Source: a virus
Lineage: Duplodnaviria > Caudoviricetes
IMG/VR virus record: IMGVR_UViG_3300045107_000151
Coordinates: 1-30,692 of that record
Reading direction: 5' to 3' (one strand)
DNA: 30,692 bases
Made by a program: the position numbers and the translations under genes. Shown here one piece after another: positions 1 through 8,614 of this stretch; the first letter of the stretch is position 1; every line of letters starts with the position of its first letter. Under the pieces are notes generated by a model. That model was given only the letters and a program-made list of their open reading frames with translations. It searched no databases and was not told the DNA's origin.

Positions 1-153
1 CTTCACCTTCTTCTTGCCCTTGATGGCCACCTTCGACTTCCCCGCCTCCTTCATCGCGATGGCGACGGCCTGCTTCTGCGGCCGGCCGCTCGCCATCAGC
101 TCCTTGATGTTGGCCGAGACGACGGCATTCGACGAACCCTTATGCAGCGGCAT
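1..153 (-). CDS. Small basic phage protein, 3' truncated ([51 protein letters not shown]...)
   Basis: Hand-translated, not in the ORF track. ATG at 153 preceded by GAGGTGAGGC. The MPLxKG...NIxE...QKQAVAIA pattern is a recurrent small Lys-rich protein of podovirus-like virion modules. Confidence 0.75.
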   Translation of the reverse strand, partial: MPLHKGSSNAVVSANIKELMASGRPQKQAVAIAMKEAGKSKVAIKGKKKVK

Positions 154-161
154 GCCTCACC

Positions 162-3100
162 TCACTGAATTTTGAGCTTCCTCTCCTTCGACGACTCGCG
201 CGCCTTATGCTCCAGCAGACGCTGCAAGCGCACCAACTCCCGCTCCCCCGGCGTGAGCGTGCCGAGCAGCTCCGGCTTGACGGCTATCGTCTCGAACTTC
301 GAGATCGCCGGCAGCCCCTGGAGCGCCTTCTTGACGTACTCCCGCTCGGCGATCGTCTCGTACTTCGGCATGTCCACGTCGGTCACCTTGGCCCCCGTCA
401 GCAGGTTGAGCGGCAGGGCGTAGGGGTCCCACTTCCTGGGGTCGGTGACCTGGCGCGCCGTCGTCGCCAGCCGGGCCGCCGGGCTGTTGAAGAGGATCTG
501 GTCGATCACCGGGTTCCCGGTCATGCTGAACAGGTCGCCCAACTCGCGGCCGCTGTAAAACTGCCGGTCGGCGGCGTACTCCAGCGGCGCCTTAAGGATC
601 GGGTTTAGCTGGCCCAAAAGCCCCATGAGGGTGTTCTGGATGCCGCCGCCCTTCAACATCTCGAACGCCTGGTCGGCGGGAAGGTCCAGCCGCGACAGGT
701 AGCGCTGCATCCCCTCCGGCGTGCGGCCGCCGATCGGGACCGCCAGCCCCTCGCCCATGTACGCGGGGAGGAACCCGCCCTGCTGCCGGGCGTCCAGCGC
801 CAGCCGCGCCATCTGGCCGTACAGCCCGCCCGGCTCCGCCGCCAGTTGGCCGATCACGGCAGGGATGTTTCCGCGAGCGTAAGAATAAAAGGGCATCAGC
901 CGCCGCATCACCGTCTTCTCGAACGGCGTCGTGGCGTTGGCCGTGTAGTCGAAGTGCGTGGCGAGCACCTCCCGCGCGGCCGCCTCCGGGCTGTAGCCCC
1001 GCTTCAGCAGCGACAGGTACTCCGTGCCACGGTTGACGCCCTCCACCACGTCGCCCAGTTCGCGGCCGGCGACGATCGGGGTGAACACGTCCCGCGTCGT
1101 GTTGACGCCGGCCACGTCCAGGGCGCGCGCCGGGTTCCAACTGGTGCCCTCGCGGCCGCCCTTGAGGATGTCCAGGACGGTCCCGAGGTCCTTCGGCGTG
1201 TTCCCCGGGATGCGTGACAGCACGTCGTCCAGTGCGTGCGGCAGGTTCACCGTCTGCCCGGCCGGCCCAACGATGTCCCGCCCGACGTGCGGAACGTGGC
1301 CGCCGATCCCCCAAGCAGCCATCATGCGGGCCAACTCGCCGGTGGCCTGCTCCGGCGTGAGGTTCCGGCCGGCGAAGATCGGCAGGTCGGCCGCCCACTC
1401 GATCGGCTTGCCCTGGAGGAGGCGGTACGCGTCGCCGGCCAGGCCAGGCGCGTCCGTGGCCCCGCGCGCGAGGTTGGCCACCTGCCCGGAGGTGAGGTTG
1501 CGGACGTGGAAGCCAGGCCACGGCGCCGTGACGTGGCTCTTGAACAGGTTCGTCAGCCAGTCGAATCCCCGGATGAGCGGGTTGAGCGCCTCCGGGTTGC
1601 TGAAGCTCCGCGTGTAGCGGCCGATCTCGGCGGCGATGTCGGCCGGGATGTACGTCGTGGACAGGTCGGCCAGAGGCGCCGCCCCCCGCTTGGCGCGGAG
1701 GGCGTTGATGCGGCCCAGCAGTTCGCCGGCCGCCCCTTGCAGCTGCGGCGCCGCCCCTCCGCCCGGCGCGAACACGGGCTGGCTGACGAGCCCCGCCTTC
1801 TTGAGCACCTGCTCGGCCGCCAGCGCGCCCTGGGGCGGCGTGGCGCCGGAGGCGATGTCGAGCGCGTGCTTCGCCAGGAGGTTCTGCGTGGCCTCGCCGG
1901 TGGCCCGCAGTCGGGCGAAGCGGTCGAAGTAGCTCAGGTAGTCCGCGACCGGGTGGTGACCGAAGAAGTTCAGCCGCTCCGGGATCTGTCCCAGCGCCGA
2001 CTGCATGTACTCCGCCGGCAGGTCGCCGATCCACTTCACCAGCTGGTTCGCCTGCGCCTGCTGCGAGGCCGGGTCCACGAGGTAGTTTTGCAGGATGTGC
2101 GCCGCCCGCTCCAGCGGCGTCCCCTGGTGGACGGCCGGGTCGAGGATCATCTTGTTGATCCCCTCCGTGCCCTCCTTGAACCCCTCCAGAATCGACTCGC
2201 GGCCGGTCATCAGGCGGGCGTCTGTCGCGCGCAGCGCGGCCATCGGGTCGCCGGCGCCGCCGGACACCCTGACGGGCTTCGCCCACTGGCGGGGGAAGTA
2301 GCCCATCGTGTCCATGAGCGGGTCGGCCCACTCCTTCAGGTTGATCCCCAGCCGCTCGGCGACCTGCCGGGCGTTGGCCAGATCCTGGCGCATCGCCTGG
2401 GCGATCGTGTTGACCTGCGGGTTCGAGTGCGAGGCGAGCCCTTCGAGCACGGGCCGCAGCTCGGAGGCGTCCTTGACGCCCAGCGCCGCCAGTTCCTGCC
2501 CGTAGCGGAGCCCGCGCTCGCGCGCCTCCGCCATGTACGGCAGGATTCGCTGGAAGGCGTCCTGGGCGGCCTCCGCGCCGGGCGCCGTCGTCGCCCCCAT
2601 GCGGCTGGAGTCGAACAGGGCGCCTAGGTGCCGGCCCAGCCAGCCGGCCGCCTTTCCCCCGTACTCGATCGCGTTGCCGGCGAGTCCGGGCGGGGTGACG
2701 TTGTACAGGTGGCCAAGCCCGTAGGGCAGCCCCTGCATGTAGCGGTGCGCCCCGGCCAGCGCCTGGCCGGCGGCGGCCGCCTTGTCGAGGGCCGCCACGC
2801 CGGCCTGGCCGGTCAGCATCGGTGCCTCCTCGCCGACGAACGGGATCTTCCAGCCGAAGAGGCCGCCGAGCGGCTCATTCAGGAGCGGCTGAAGCTTTGC
2901 CGCCCCGCCGGCCGCCGCCTCGGCCGCGCCCTGGAGCGCCGGCTCAGCCTGGAGGATGTCCGCGAGCGAGCCGGTGAGGCGCCCCCTGGCGGTGCTGGGC
3001 AGCCGGCTGATCTTCTGCGCCACCTTGCCGGCCTGCGTCGCCGCGCCGGTCCCGAAGGTAAGGTACGTCCCCGGGTCCGTGGCGACCTCCAGCCCGAGCC

Positions 3101-3473
3101 CGCCCAGGAAGTTCCCCCAGGTGTCCTCCTTGTCGGCGAGCCCGGCGTCGCGCAGAAGGTCGCGGCCGGAGACGCGGTCGGCGTAGTCCGTGATACCCAG
3201 CGTGTCCGAGAAGGGGAGGACGGAGAGCAGTTCACGCGGCCTGCCGCCCAGGAGGCCACGGATCGCCCGGCCGCCGAACGTCTTCTCCAGGACGGAGCCG
3301 ACGTAGCCCAGGCCTCCCAGCGCCGCCCCGCCGATGCGCGGCAGGAGCCCCTGCTCTTCCTGCTCCGACAGCGGCTGGATCTTCGCCGGCTGCTGGCCGG
3401 GGGGCTGGAGCGCCTGCGCCTGCATCCGTTGCAGGCGGGCCATCGGGTCGATGATCTCGTTAAGGTCGAGCAT
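162..3473 (-). CDS. Large internal virion / ejection-type protein (1103 aa)
   Basis: Long Ala/Gly/Leu-rich ORF at the end of the virion module. The C-terminal FDY..TPFEK.VMRRLMPFYSY..GNIP motif resembles C-terminal regions of large phage internal/polyvalent proteins. The N-terminal module is shared with ORF 17522..18544. Confidence 0.7.
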   Translation of the reverse strand: MLDLNEIIDPMARLQRMQAQALQPPGQQPAKIQPLSEQEEQGLLPRIGGAALGGLGYVGSVLEKTFGGRAIRGLLGGRPRELLSVLPFSDTLGITDYADRVSGRDLLRDAGLADKEDTWGNFLGGLGLEVATDPGTYLTFGTGAATQAGKVAQKISRLPSTARGRLTGSLADILQAEPALQGAAEAAAGGAAKLQPLLNEPLGGLFGWKIPFVGEEAPMLTGQAGVAALDKAAAAGQALAGAHRYMQGLPYGLGHLYNVTPPGLAGNAIEYGGKAAGWLGRHLGALFDSSRMGATTAPGAEAAQDAFQRILPYMAEARERGLRYGQELAALGVKDASELRPVLEGLASHSNPQVNTIAQAMRQDLANARQVAERLGINLKEWADPLMDTMGYFPRQWAKPVRVSGGAGDPMAALRATDARLMTGRESILEGFKEGTEGINKMILDPAVHQGTPLERAAHILQNYLVDPASQQAQANQLVKWIGDLPAEYMQSALGQIPERLNFFGHHPVADYLSYFDRFARLRATGEATQNLLAKHALDIASGATPPQGALAAEQVLKKAGLVSQPVFAPGGGAAPQLQGAAGELLGRINALRAKRGAAPLADLSTTYIPADIAAEIGRYTRSFSNPEALNPLIRGFDWLTNLFKSHVTAPWPGFHVRNLTSGQVANLARGATDAPGLAGDAYRLLQGKPIEWAADLPIFAGRNLTPEQATGELARMMAAWGIGGHVPHVGRDIVGPAGQTVNLPHALDDVLSRIPGNTPKDLGTVLDILKGGREGTSWNPARALDVAGVNTTRDVFTPIVAGRELGDVVEGVNRGTEYLSLLKRGYSPEAAAREVLATHFDYTANATTPFEKTVMRRLMPFYSYARGNIPAVIGQLAAEPGGLYGQMARLALDARQQGGFLPAYMGEGLAVPIGGRTPEGMQRYLSRLDLPADQAFEMLKGGGIQNTLMGLLGQLNPILKAPLEYAADRQFYSGRELGDLFSMTGNPVIDQILFNSPAARLATTARQVTDPRKWDPYALPLNLLTGAKVTDVDMPKYETIAEREYVKKALQGLPAISKFETIAVKPELLGTLTPGERELVRLQRLLEHKARESSKERKLKIQ

Positions 3474-3476
3474 GGG

Positions 3477-3818
3477 TCACTCCAGGCGCTTCATCTCGCC
3501 CTTGGCCCAGTGGATGTCGAGGTGCAGGCGACCTTCCCTGGACCGCCGGATAGAACCTTCCCACTTGATCGGGTGGGCCGGGTCCGCGCCGACGCGGCAC
3601 TCGATGATATGGAGGCGGCCGTCCTTGTACGACCACTCGCCGCAGTATTCGTTGCCGTACTGGCCAACGGCCTCGTAGTAGCCGTCGCCGGCCAGGGCGA
3701 CCTTCCAGCCGGCCACATCCCAGAGGCCGACGAGGTCTTTCGCTGTTACTGGGGCCGGCGACTTGTGTTTAGGGGCGGGCGCGCCCGCCAGCGCCGTCGC
3801 GATAACCAGTCCGAGCAT
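3477..3818 (-). CDS. Small secreted protein with signal peptide, lipocalin-like beta domain
   Basis: SD TAAGGAG; hydrophobic N-terminus followed by APAPK and DLVGLW, reminiscent of planctomycete secreted paralog families (TIGR03066/TIGR03067-like). Confidence 0.6.
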   Translation of the reverse strand: MLGLVIATALAGAPAPKHKSPAPVTAKDLVGLWDVAGWKVALAGDGYYEAVGQYGNEYCGEWSYKDGRLHIIECRVGADPAHPIKWEGSIRRSREGRLHLDIHWAKGEMKRLE

Positions 3819-3829
3819 CCTTGCACTCC

Positions 3830-4093
3830 TTAGCCGCCCTTGGCATATCCGCCCGCCGCATCAACCTCCGGGTAGACACCCATCGGCCCGGCAGGGCCGC
3901 CTGGCCCCGTCGGCGGCCCGCCCTGGCCCATCAGGAGACTGAGCAGCAGTTCCGGCAGCAGGGCCATCAGCAGCTGCGATCGCGTGCCGCCGGCGCCGGC
4001 AGACGGAAGCCCTGGCCCGCCGCCTTGTGGTAGTGGCATGCCGATGTCGGGCTGCCCGCCGGCCATCTCAGATCCTAGCATTTTTCCGAGCAT
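3830..4093 (-). CDS. Gly/Pro-rich hypothetical protein with one hydrophobic segment (87 aa)
   Basis: SD GGAGGAG upstream of ATG; stop abuts the SD of the next gene; LLMALLPELLLSLLMG segment. Confidence 0.6.
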   Translation of the reverse strand: MLGKMLGSEMAGGQPDIGMPLPQGGGPGLPSAGAGGTRSQLLMALLPELLLSLLMGQGGPPTGPGGPAGPMGVYPEVDAAGGYAKGG

Positions 4094-4133
4094 CGTCTCC
4101 TCCGTGAGCTATGGTTGGTGCTGGAGGTGCCAC

Positions 4134-4364
4134 ATGAGTAACGCCCAACGCCTCGTCTTGATCGCCGGCTTATCTGTGAGTTTCTGGCTCGTATGGAATA
4201 ACCAGGCGGGCGCCCTGGTTTACGTTTGGATCGCCGCTGCCGCCGCCTACCTCTACATTCCCCTCACCGACCTTCATGAGCCGGCGAGGGAGGGCCGTAA
4301 CGCTGACGCCGCCGAGCAGGATCAGGGCGCCGGCCGCCCGGCCTCGATCAATTTCCGCAAGTAG
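4134..4364 (+). CDS. Small two-TM membrane protein on the opposite strand (76 aa, MSNAQRLVLIAGLSVSFWLVW...); superinfection-exclusion candidate
   Basis: SD GGAGGTG before ATG 4134; fills the gap between minus-strand genes; lower GC; two hydrophobic stretches. Function is inference only. Confidence 0.6.
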   Translation: MSNAQRLVLIAGLSVSFWLVWNNQAGALVYVWIAAAAAYLYIPLTDLHEPAREGRNADAAEQDQGAGRPASINFRK

Positions 4365-5680
4365 CCCGCCAGGGCGGTCGCCTGCTTGGCGGATTCCTCC
4401 CGGCCGCCGGCGGACAGTCGCGGCGTGGTCGGGAAGAACCTGGGGGCGGTGCCGAAGGTTAGGCTGCCCAGGTCGGGGATCGTCATCGTCGCGCTGTCAA
4501 ACCCGAACGGGCTGAAGCCGCCGCTGAAACTGATGTCGCCTACGCTCCTGCTATTGCCGGACTGGCGGGCCAACTGGTGCAGGTGCCTGGCGGCGTCGGC
4601 GATGAGCTTATCGCCCGAGCCGTAGGCGCCGGACCTGGCCTCGTTCACCAGCGCCTTGATCTGGTCCGGGGTCACGTCGGCCCTGCCGGCCAGCGCGGCG
4701 GCGATCGCGGCGGGGTCGAACTTGCCGCCGGTGGCCTGCCCCTGCGGCGTGAACGTCTTGCCGAACGCCTGCGCGATCAGGTCGCGCTGCGCCTTGCCCT
4801 CGCGCGTCGCCCTCTCCATCTTGTCGAAGGCGTCCTCACTCTTGCCGCCGGCCGCCTGAGCCGGGCCGCCGGTGTCGATCTTGACCGGCGGCTGCTCCCC
4901 GGTGATGCGGACGCCGCCGGGGCCGGGGTTGACACCCTCGCGCATCTCCTTGAGGCTGTCGCGGGCGGCGCGGCGCTCCTCCGGCGTGGAGTTGGGGTCC
5001 ATCGCCCTTTGGGCCGCCGCCCCGGCGAACGCGGCCTCGATGCTGCCCTTGCGGGCCATCTCCGCGATCGACTTCTGCGTCACGCCCTTCTCGCGCTCCA
5101 GCTGGAGCGCCAGGGCGTCCTGCTGCGGGCCGCGCACCTTGGCGCCGTACTCTTGCAGCGCCGCCTCCGCGCGCTTCGTGTCGCCCTGGAACGCCTGCTC
5201 GCCCAGCCCCATCGCCTTCAGGAACGCATCGACGGGGGCCTTGGCCGCCTGGTCCACGAGCGGCGCCAGCTGGGCGTTAGCCTGCGCGGCCAGGTGCGCC
5301 TGCGCCGCCGGGGAGTGCGCCTGGTCGAAGATCCCTAGCCCGAACGGCAGCCGGGTCGCGTTCGCCGCCCGCTGCCCGTCCTCCTGGGCGCGGCGGAGCA
5401 TGGCGTCGATGGCGGCGGCATCGCCGGCCTGGGCGCGCTGGAGCATCCCGGAGGTGTCGCCGGAGAGGTAGTCGTTTGTCGCCTTCTGCATGGACGGCCC
5501 CTGCTGGCGCGCCGGCGCCAGCGAGCGCCAGTCGCCCTCCGCCGGCTCGTCGCCGGGGACCACCTTGCCGGCGGCGTCGATGCGCAGGCGCTTCGGCTGC
5601 CCCTGCATCCGCACCGCCGGCTGTGCGTTTTGCAGCTGGTCCACCCACGGCGCGCCGAAAAGCGTCGGGTCCACGTACAT
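4322..5680 (-). CDS. Putative internal virion/ejection protein (452 aa)
   Basis: Ala/Gln/Gly-rich, apparently helical ORF between tail genes and the large internal protein; SD GGGTGAG. Confidence 0.6.
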   Translation of the reverse strand: MYVDPTLFGAPWVDQLQNAQPAVRMQGQPKRLRIDAAGKVVPGDEPAEGDWRSLAPARQQGPSMQKATNDYLSGDTSGMLQRAQAGDAAAIDAMLRRAQEDGQRAANATRLPFGLGIFDQAHSPAAQAHLAAQANAQLAPLVDQAAKAPVDAFLKAMGLGEQAFQGDTKRAEAALQEYGAKVRGPQQDALALQLEREKGVTQKSIAEMARKGSIEAAFAGAAAQRAMDPNSTPEERRAARDSLKEMREGVNPGPGGVRITGEQPPVKIDTGGPAQAAGGKSEDAFDKMERATREGKAQRDLIAQAFGKTFTPQGQATGGKFDPAAIAAALAGRADVTPDQIKALVNEARSGAYGSGDKLIADAARHLHQLARQSGNSRSVGDISFSGGFSPFGFDSATMTIPDLGSLTFGTAPRFFPTTPRLSAGGREESAKQATALAGYLRKLIEAGRPAP

Positions 5681-5690
5681 GACTCACCCC

Positions 5691-6470
5691 TCAGACTGCG
5701 GAGAAGATGCCGCCCAGCAGCTGGCTCAGGATGCCGGACTGGACCTTGTTCCGCTCGATCTCCTCGTTCTGACGGGAGGCGAACTGCCCCTCCCGCGCCT
5801 TCTGCGCTTCGAGCACCTGCTGCGCGTTCCCCTGGGCCGCGTTCCACCGCAGTTGCTGCTCGGCCGCCGTGTTCCCCGCCAGGTTCTGGCCGAACATCGC
5901 GTTGTTGAGCGCCATCGCCAAGGGCGACCGGGAGCCGTACCCCTTCCCCGCCATGTCCTTGCTCAGCTGCGCCTGCCTGGACGCGAGGGCGGCGTCATTC
6001 TGCGCCCGCGTCGCGTTGACCTGGTTCTGGATGTCCATCTGGCTGTAGATCGGGGCGTCGGAGATCGTGGGCTGCTGCCCGACCTGCCCCTGCCCACGGT
6101 AGCCCGACATCCAGCTGCCAGGCCCGCCGGCCAGGAGGTTCTGCGCGAACGGCCAGATCTGCTCCCACCGCTGCTGCTTGAGCAGGTAGGGGTACTTCGA
6201 GGCGTCCGACTGCATCTGGGCGATCCGCGCCTGGTTGGCGTACCCCTCGCGCTGGACGCCGGCGTTCACGTCCACGCCGTAGCGCTGCGCCGCCAGTTGC
6301 GCGTCCTGGAGCTGCTTCTGGGACTTGATCTGCTGCTGCTGGTTGACGTAGTCCATCCCGCTCCGGCTGGCCACGTCAGGGTCCACCTGCGTGTACGGCG
6401 TCAGCAACTTTATGCCGCCGCCGCCACTGGTCGCGTTCAAGTTCCAGGGCATGTACCCTTGCACGGGCAT
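5691..6470 (-). CDS. Putative internal virion/DNA pilot-type protein (259 aa)
   Basis: Gln/Ala-rich coiled-coil character, C-terminal GILSQLLGGIFSAV amphipathic tail; SD GAGGTGA. Confidence 0.65.
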   Translation of the reverse strand: MPVQGYMPWNLNATSGGGGIKLLTPYTQVDPDVASRSGMDYVNQQQQIKSQKQLQDAQLAAQRYGVDVNAGVQREGYANQARIAQMQSDASKYPYLLKQQRWEQIWPFAQNLLAGGPGSWMSGYRGQGQVGQQPTISDAPIYSQMDIQNQVNATRAQNDAALASRQAQLSKDMAGKGYGSRSPLAMALNNAMFGQNLAGNTAAEQQLRWNAAQGNAQQVLEAQKAREGQFASRQNEEIERNKVQSGILSQLLGGIFSAV

Positions 6471-6481
6471 GGGTCACCTCG

Positions 6482-7075
6482 TTAATGAGTGGCGGTAATT
6501 CCTGGCATGAAGTTCGGCCGGGCGCCGGCGTAGCCGTAATTCTTGGCCACCTGGTACTCCCAGTCCTGCATCGCCCGCTCGACGTTGTTCATCGCCGGCA
6601 TGAACGCGGCCGGGCGGCCGTAGGCGTTGTAGATCCGCGACCGCTCCGCCTGCCGCGCCTGCTCCAGGCCCGGGTGGGCCTGCTCCAGCCAGGAGCCGAA
6701 GCTGAGCCAGTCGCTGCGATCGACGCCGGCCGGCACCGTCGGCTGCCGGCCCCCACTTTGCTGCTGTTGCTGGGCCGCCGAACCCTGCCCCTGCTCGGAC
6801 GGCGCCGTGGCCTGCTGCTGGGCCGGGTTGTAGTTGGCGCCGTGGCCGGAGAAGAAGTTCGCCTGGCCACGGTAGGGGGCGAAGTAGTCCACCAGCGGAC
6901 TCGGCTGTGAGGCCGCCGGCTGCTGGGCCTGCTGAGTCGCGGCCGGCTGTTGCTGCTGCCCGCCCAGGTAGTTCGCCAGGGGGCTGCGCGGGGCTGAATA
7001 CATGAGGCTGCGGTTCACCCAGCCCTGCTGCTGGGCCGGATCAACCATGCCACCAGTCATCGTCGATACGGCCAT
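6482..7075 (-). CDS. Gln-rich low-complexity putative virion protein (197 aa)
   Basis: Poly-Q tracts; first gene of the ejection-type cluster; SD GGGGTGAG. Confidence 0.6.
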   Translation of the reverse strand: MAVSTMTGGMVDPAQQQGWVNRSLMYSAPRSPLANYLGGQQQQPAATQQAQQPAASQPSPLVDYFAPYRGQANFFSGHGANYNPAQQQATAPSEQGQGSAAQQQQQSGGRQPTVPAGVDRSDWLSFGSWLEQAHPGLEQARQAERSRIYNAYGRPAAFMPAMNNVERAMQDWEYQVAKNYGYAGARPNFMPGITATH

Positions 7076-7135
7076 TGCTCACCCCGTCCTTGGCACTGTA
7101 CATATGATACCTTGCCGGCGGCGAAAAAGCCATCC
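7076..7135 (-). promoter_or_regulatory. Possible promoter upstream of the internal-virion gene cluster
   Basis: One of few intergenic gaps; AT-richer; -10-like TATCAT on the minus strand at 7104-7109; no convincing -35. Confidence 0.3.
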
Positions 7136-8062
7136 CTACAGGCCGAAGAAATCGCTGACCGCGTTCGCAAGGTTCGACGTGACCCAGCCACTCAACTGCG
7201 CTAATTGTTCGTCCATGCCAAGGTGCTGGATGACCACGTCGCCGTGCCCCGCGAAACGGTCCACCTGCCCCATCGTCGCCTCGTAAAGCCTGAGATTTCT
7301 GTCATCAGTCTCCCCGTTCCCCAAGGTGAGGTAGATCAGGCGCACGCGCGAGAAGATGGGTCGCATCGTGTCCCAGTTGGCCAGCTCCGCGTCAACAAGC
7401 TGGGTTTCCGGGATGGCCGTTTTGTCCGGCGTTGAGTGCGCGTACAATTGGAGGTTGCCGAAACAATTGATGATCAGCGTCTCGCCCCCGGTCCAGTTGG
7501 CCGGGTCGCCGGACGGGTAATCCACGCTAGCTTCGCCGCCGTTAGTGGGAATCGTCTGAGAAGAGTCGTGCGGCAACAAATTACTCAATAGCGACGCTCC
7601 CATTTCTACAAGAAACGGTGATATGAGCGACACGCCGCCGCTGCTCATCCTGTCCGCGACGCCGGACAGCGCCGCCGGGATAATCCCATGGTCCAGGATG
7701 AAAAACTGGTTTAAAATCACCGTTCGCGTGGCGCGCACCACGAAGTTCTGACGGCCGAAGTATGCCGCCGGCTTAAAGTACACCGTGTCTACGAACGGAA
7801 TGGCGCTGAAGCCGATCGGTATGGTGGACCCGGTCTGGTCCAGCCCGAAGTTCGACAGGACGAACGGGTCGTAGTCCAGGAACGTGGCCATGGACCCGTG
7901 GACCGGCAGGTACTCCGCGTCGGCACTTCGGAGCGGCCTCCCGGCCCAGGAGTAATCGGTCGGGTTCTGCAATCCTACCGGGGTATCCAATCCTCCCGGG
8001 AGGCGCGTGAAGGCGCGCCGCTTGCTGGGGAGCCTCAGCGGAGAATGTTGTTTCAGAGCCAC
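7136..8062 (-). CDS. Hypothetical protein, lower GC than neighbours (308 aa); possible tail-associated variable module
   Basis: ORF fills the gap; GTG start overlaps the end of the upstream gene; many A/T-ending codons; no recognised motif. Confidence 0.65.
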   Translation of the reverse strand: MALKQHSPLRLPSKRRAFTRLPGGLDTPVGLQNPTDYSWAGRPLRSADAEYLPVHGSMATFLDYDPFVLSNFGLDQTGSTIPIGFSAIPFVDTVYFKPAAYFGRQNFVVRATRTVILNQFFILDHGIIPAALSGVADRMSSGGVSLISPFLVEMGASLLSNLLPHDSSQTIPTNGGEASVDYPSGDPANWTGGETLIINCFGNLQLYAHSTPDKTAIPETQLVDAELANWDTMRPIFSRVRLIYLTLGNGETDDRNLRLYEATMGQVDRFAGHGDVVIQHLGMDEQLAQLSGWVTSNLANAVSDFFGL

Positions 8063-8613
8063 ACCGGCACCATCATGAAGAAAGAGTTTCCGACCTTACC
8101 GACCATCACCCAGGTGTTTTCCTGGATCGTCTCGGCCGGGTCGATCTGGAGCTGCTTCACCACCCGCGTCTTCGGTTCCCCCGCCAGGCCACTCTCGTAC
8201 ACGGCCACGCTGTAGGTGTCTCCGGAGCCGGACAGGATCTTGCCGGGGAAACAGCCGCCCCCTCCGCCGCCGCCCACCGGCTGCTGGCCGTTCGGGTCCG
8301 GTCCGGAGGTGACGTTGCCGCCGTTGTAGATGATTGTCACGACCGGGGCCGTGGTCGGCGGGACCGGCGGCAGGTCGGGGAAGTTTATCCCCGGGTCCGG
8401 CTGCCGGTTGATCTGGATGCCGCCGGTGTTGCCTGGCCCGCCGTTGTTGATCGTGATCCCCGGGCCGCTGGTGTTGTTGTTGATCGTCACCGGGCCGTCG
8501 ATCTGGAGCGGCTCGTCGTTGTTGAGGATCGCGTAGATCTCCTCCGCGAGCTCCGTGGCGTCGTTCCACCGCTCGCGCAGGAGGCGGATCGATTGCTTCG
8601 CGAAGAGTCCCAT
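8053..8613 (-). CDS. Putative tail-associated structural protein (186 aa)
   Basis: Directly follows the nozzle-like gene; N-terminal helix, Asn/Gly/Pro-rich middle, poly-Gly linker, small beta-rich C-terminal domain. Confidence 0.55.
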   Translation of the reverse strand: MGLFAKQSIRLLRERWNDATELAEEIYAILNNDEPLQIDGPVTINNNTSGPGITINNGGPGNTGGIQINRQPDPGINFPDLPPVPPTTAPVVTIIYNGGNVTSGPDPNGQQPVGGGGGGGCFPGKILSGSGDTYSVAVYESGLAGEPKTRVVKQLQIDPAETIQENTWVMVGKVGNSFFMMVPVWL

Positions 8614-8614
8614 G

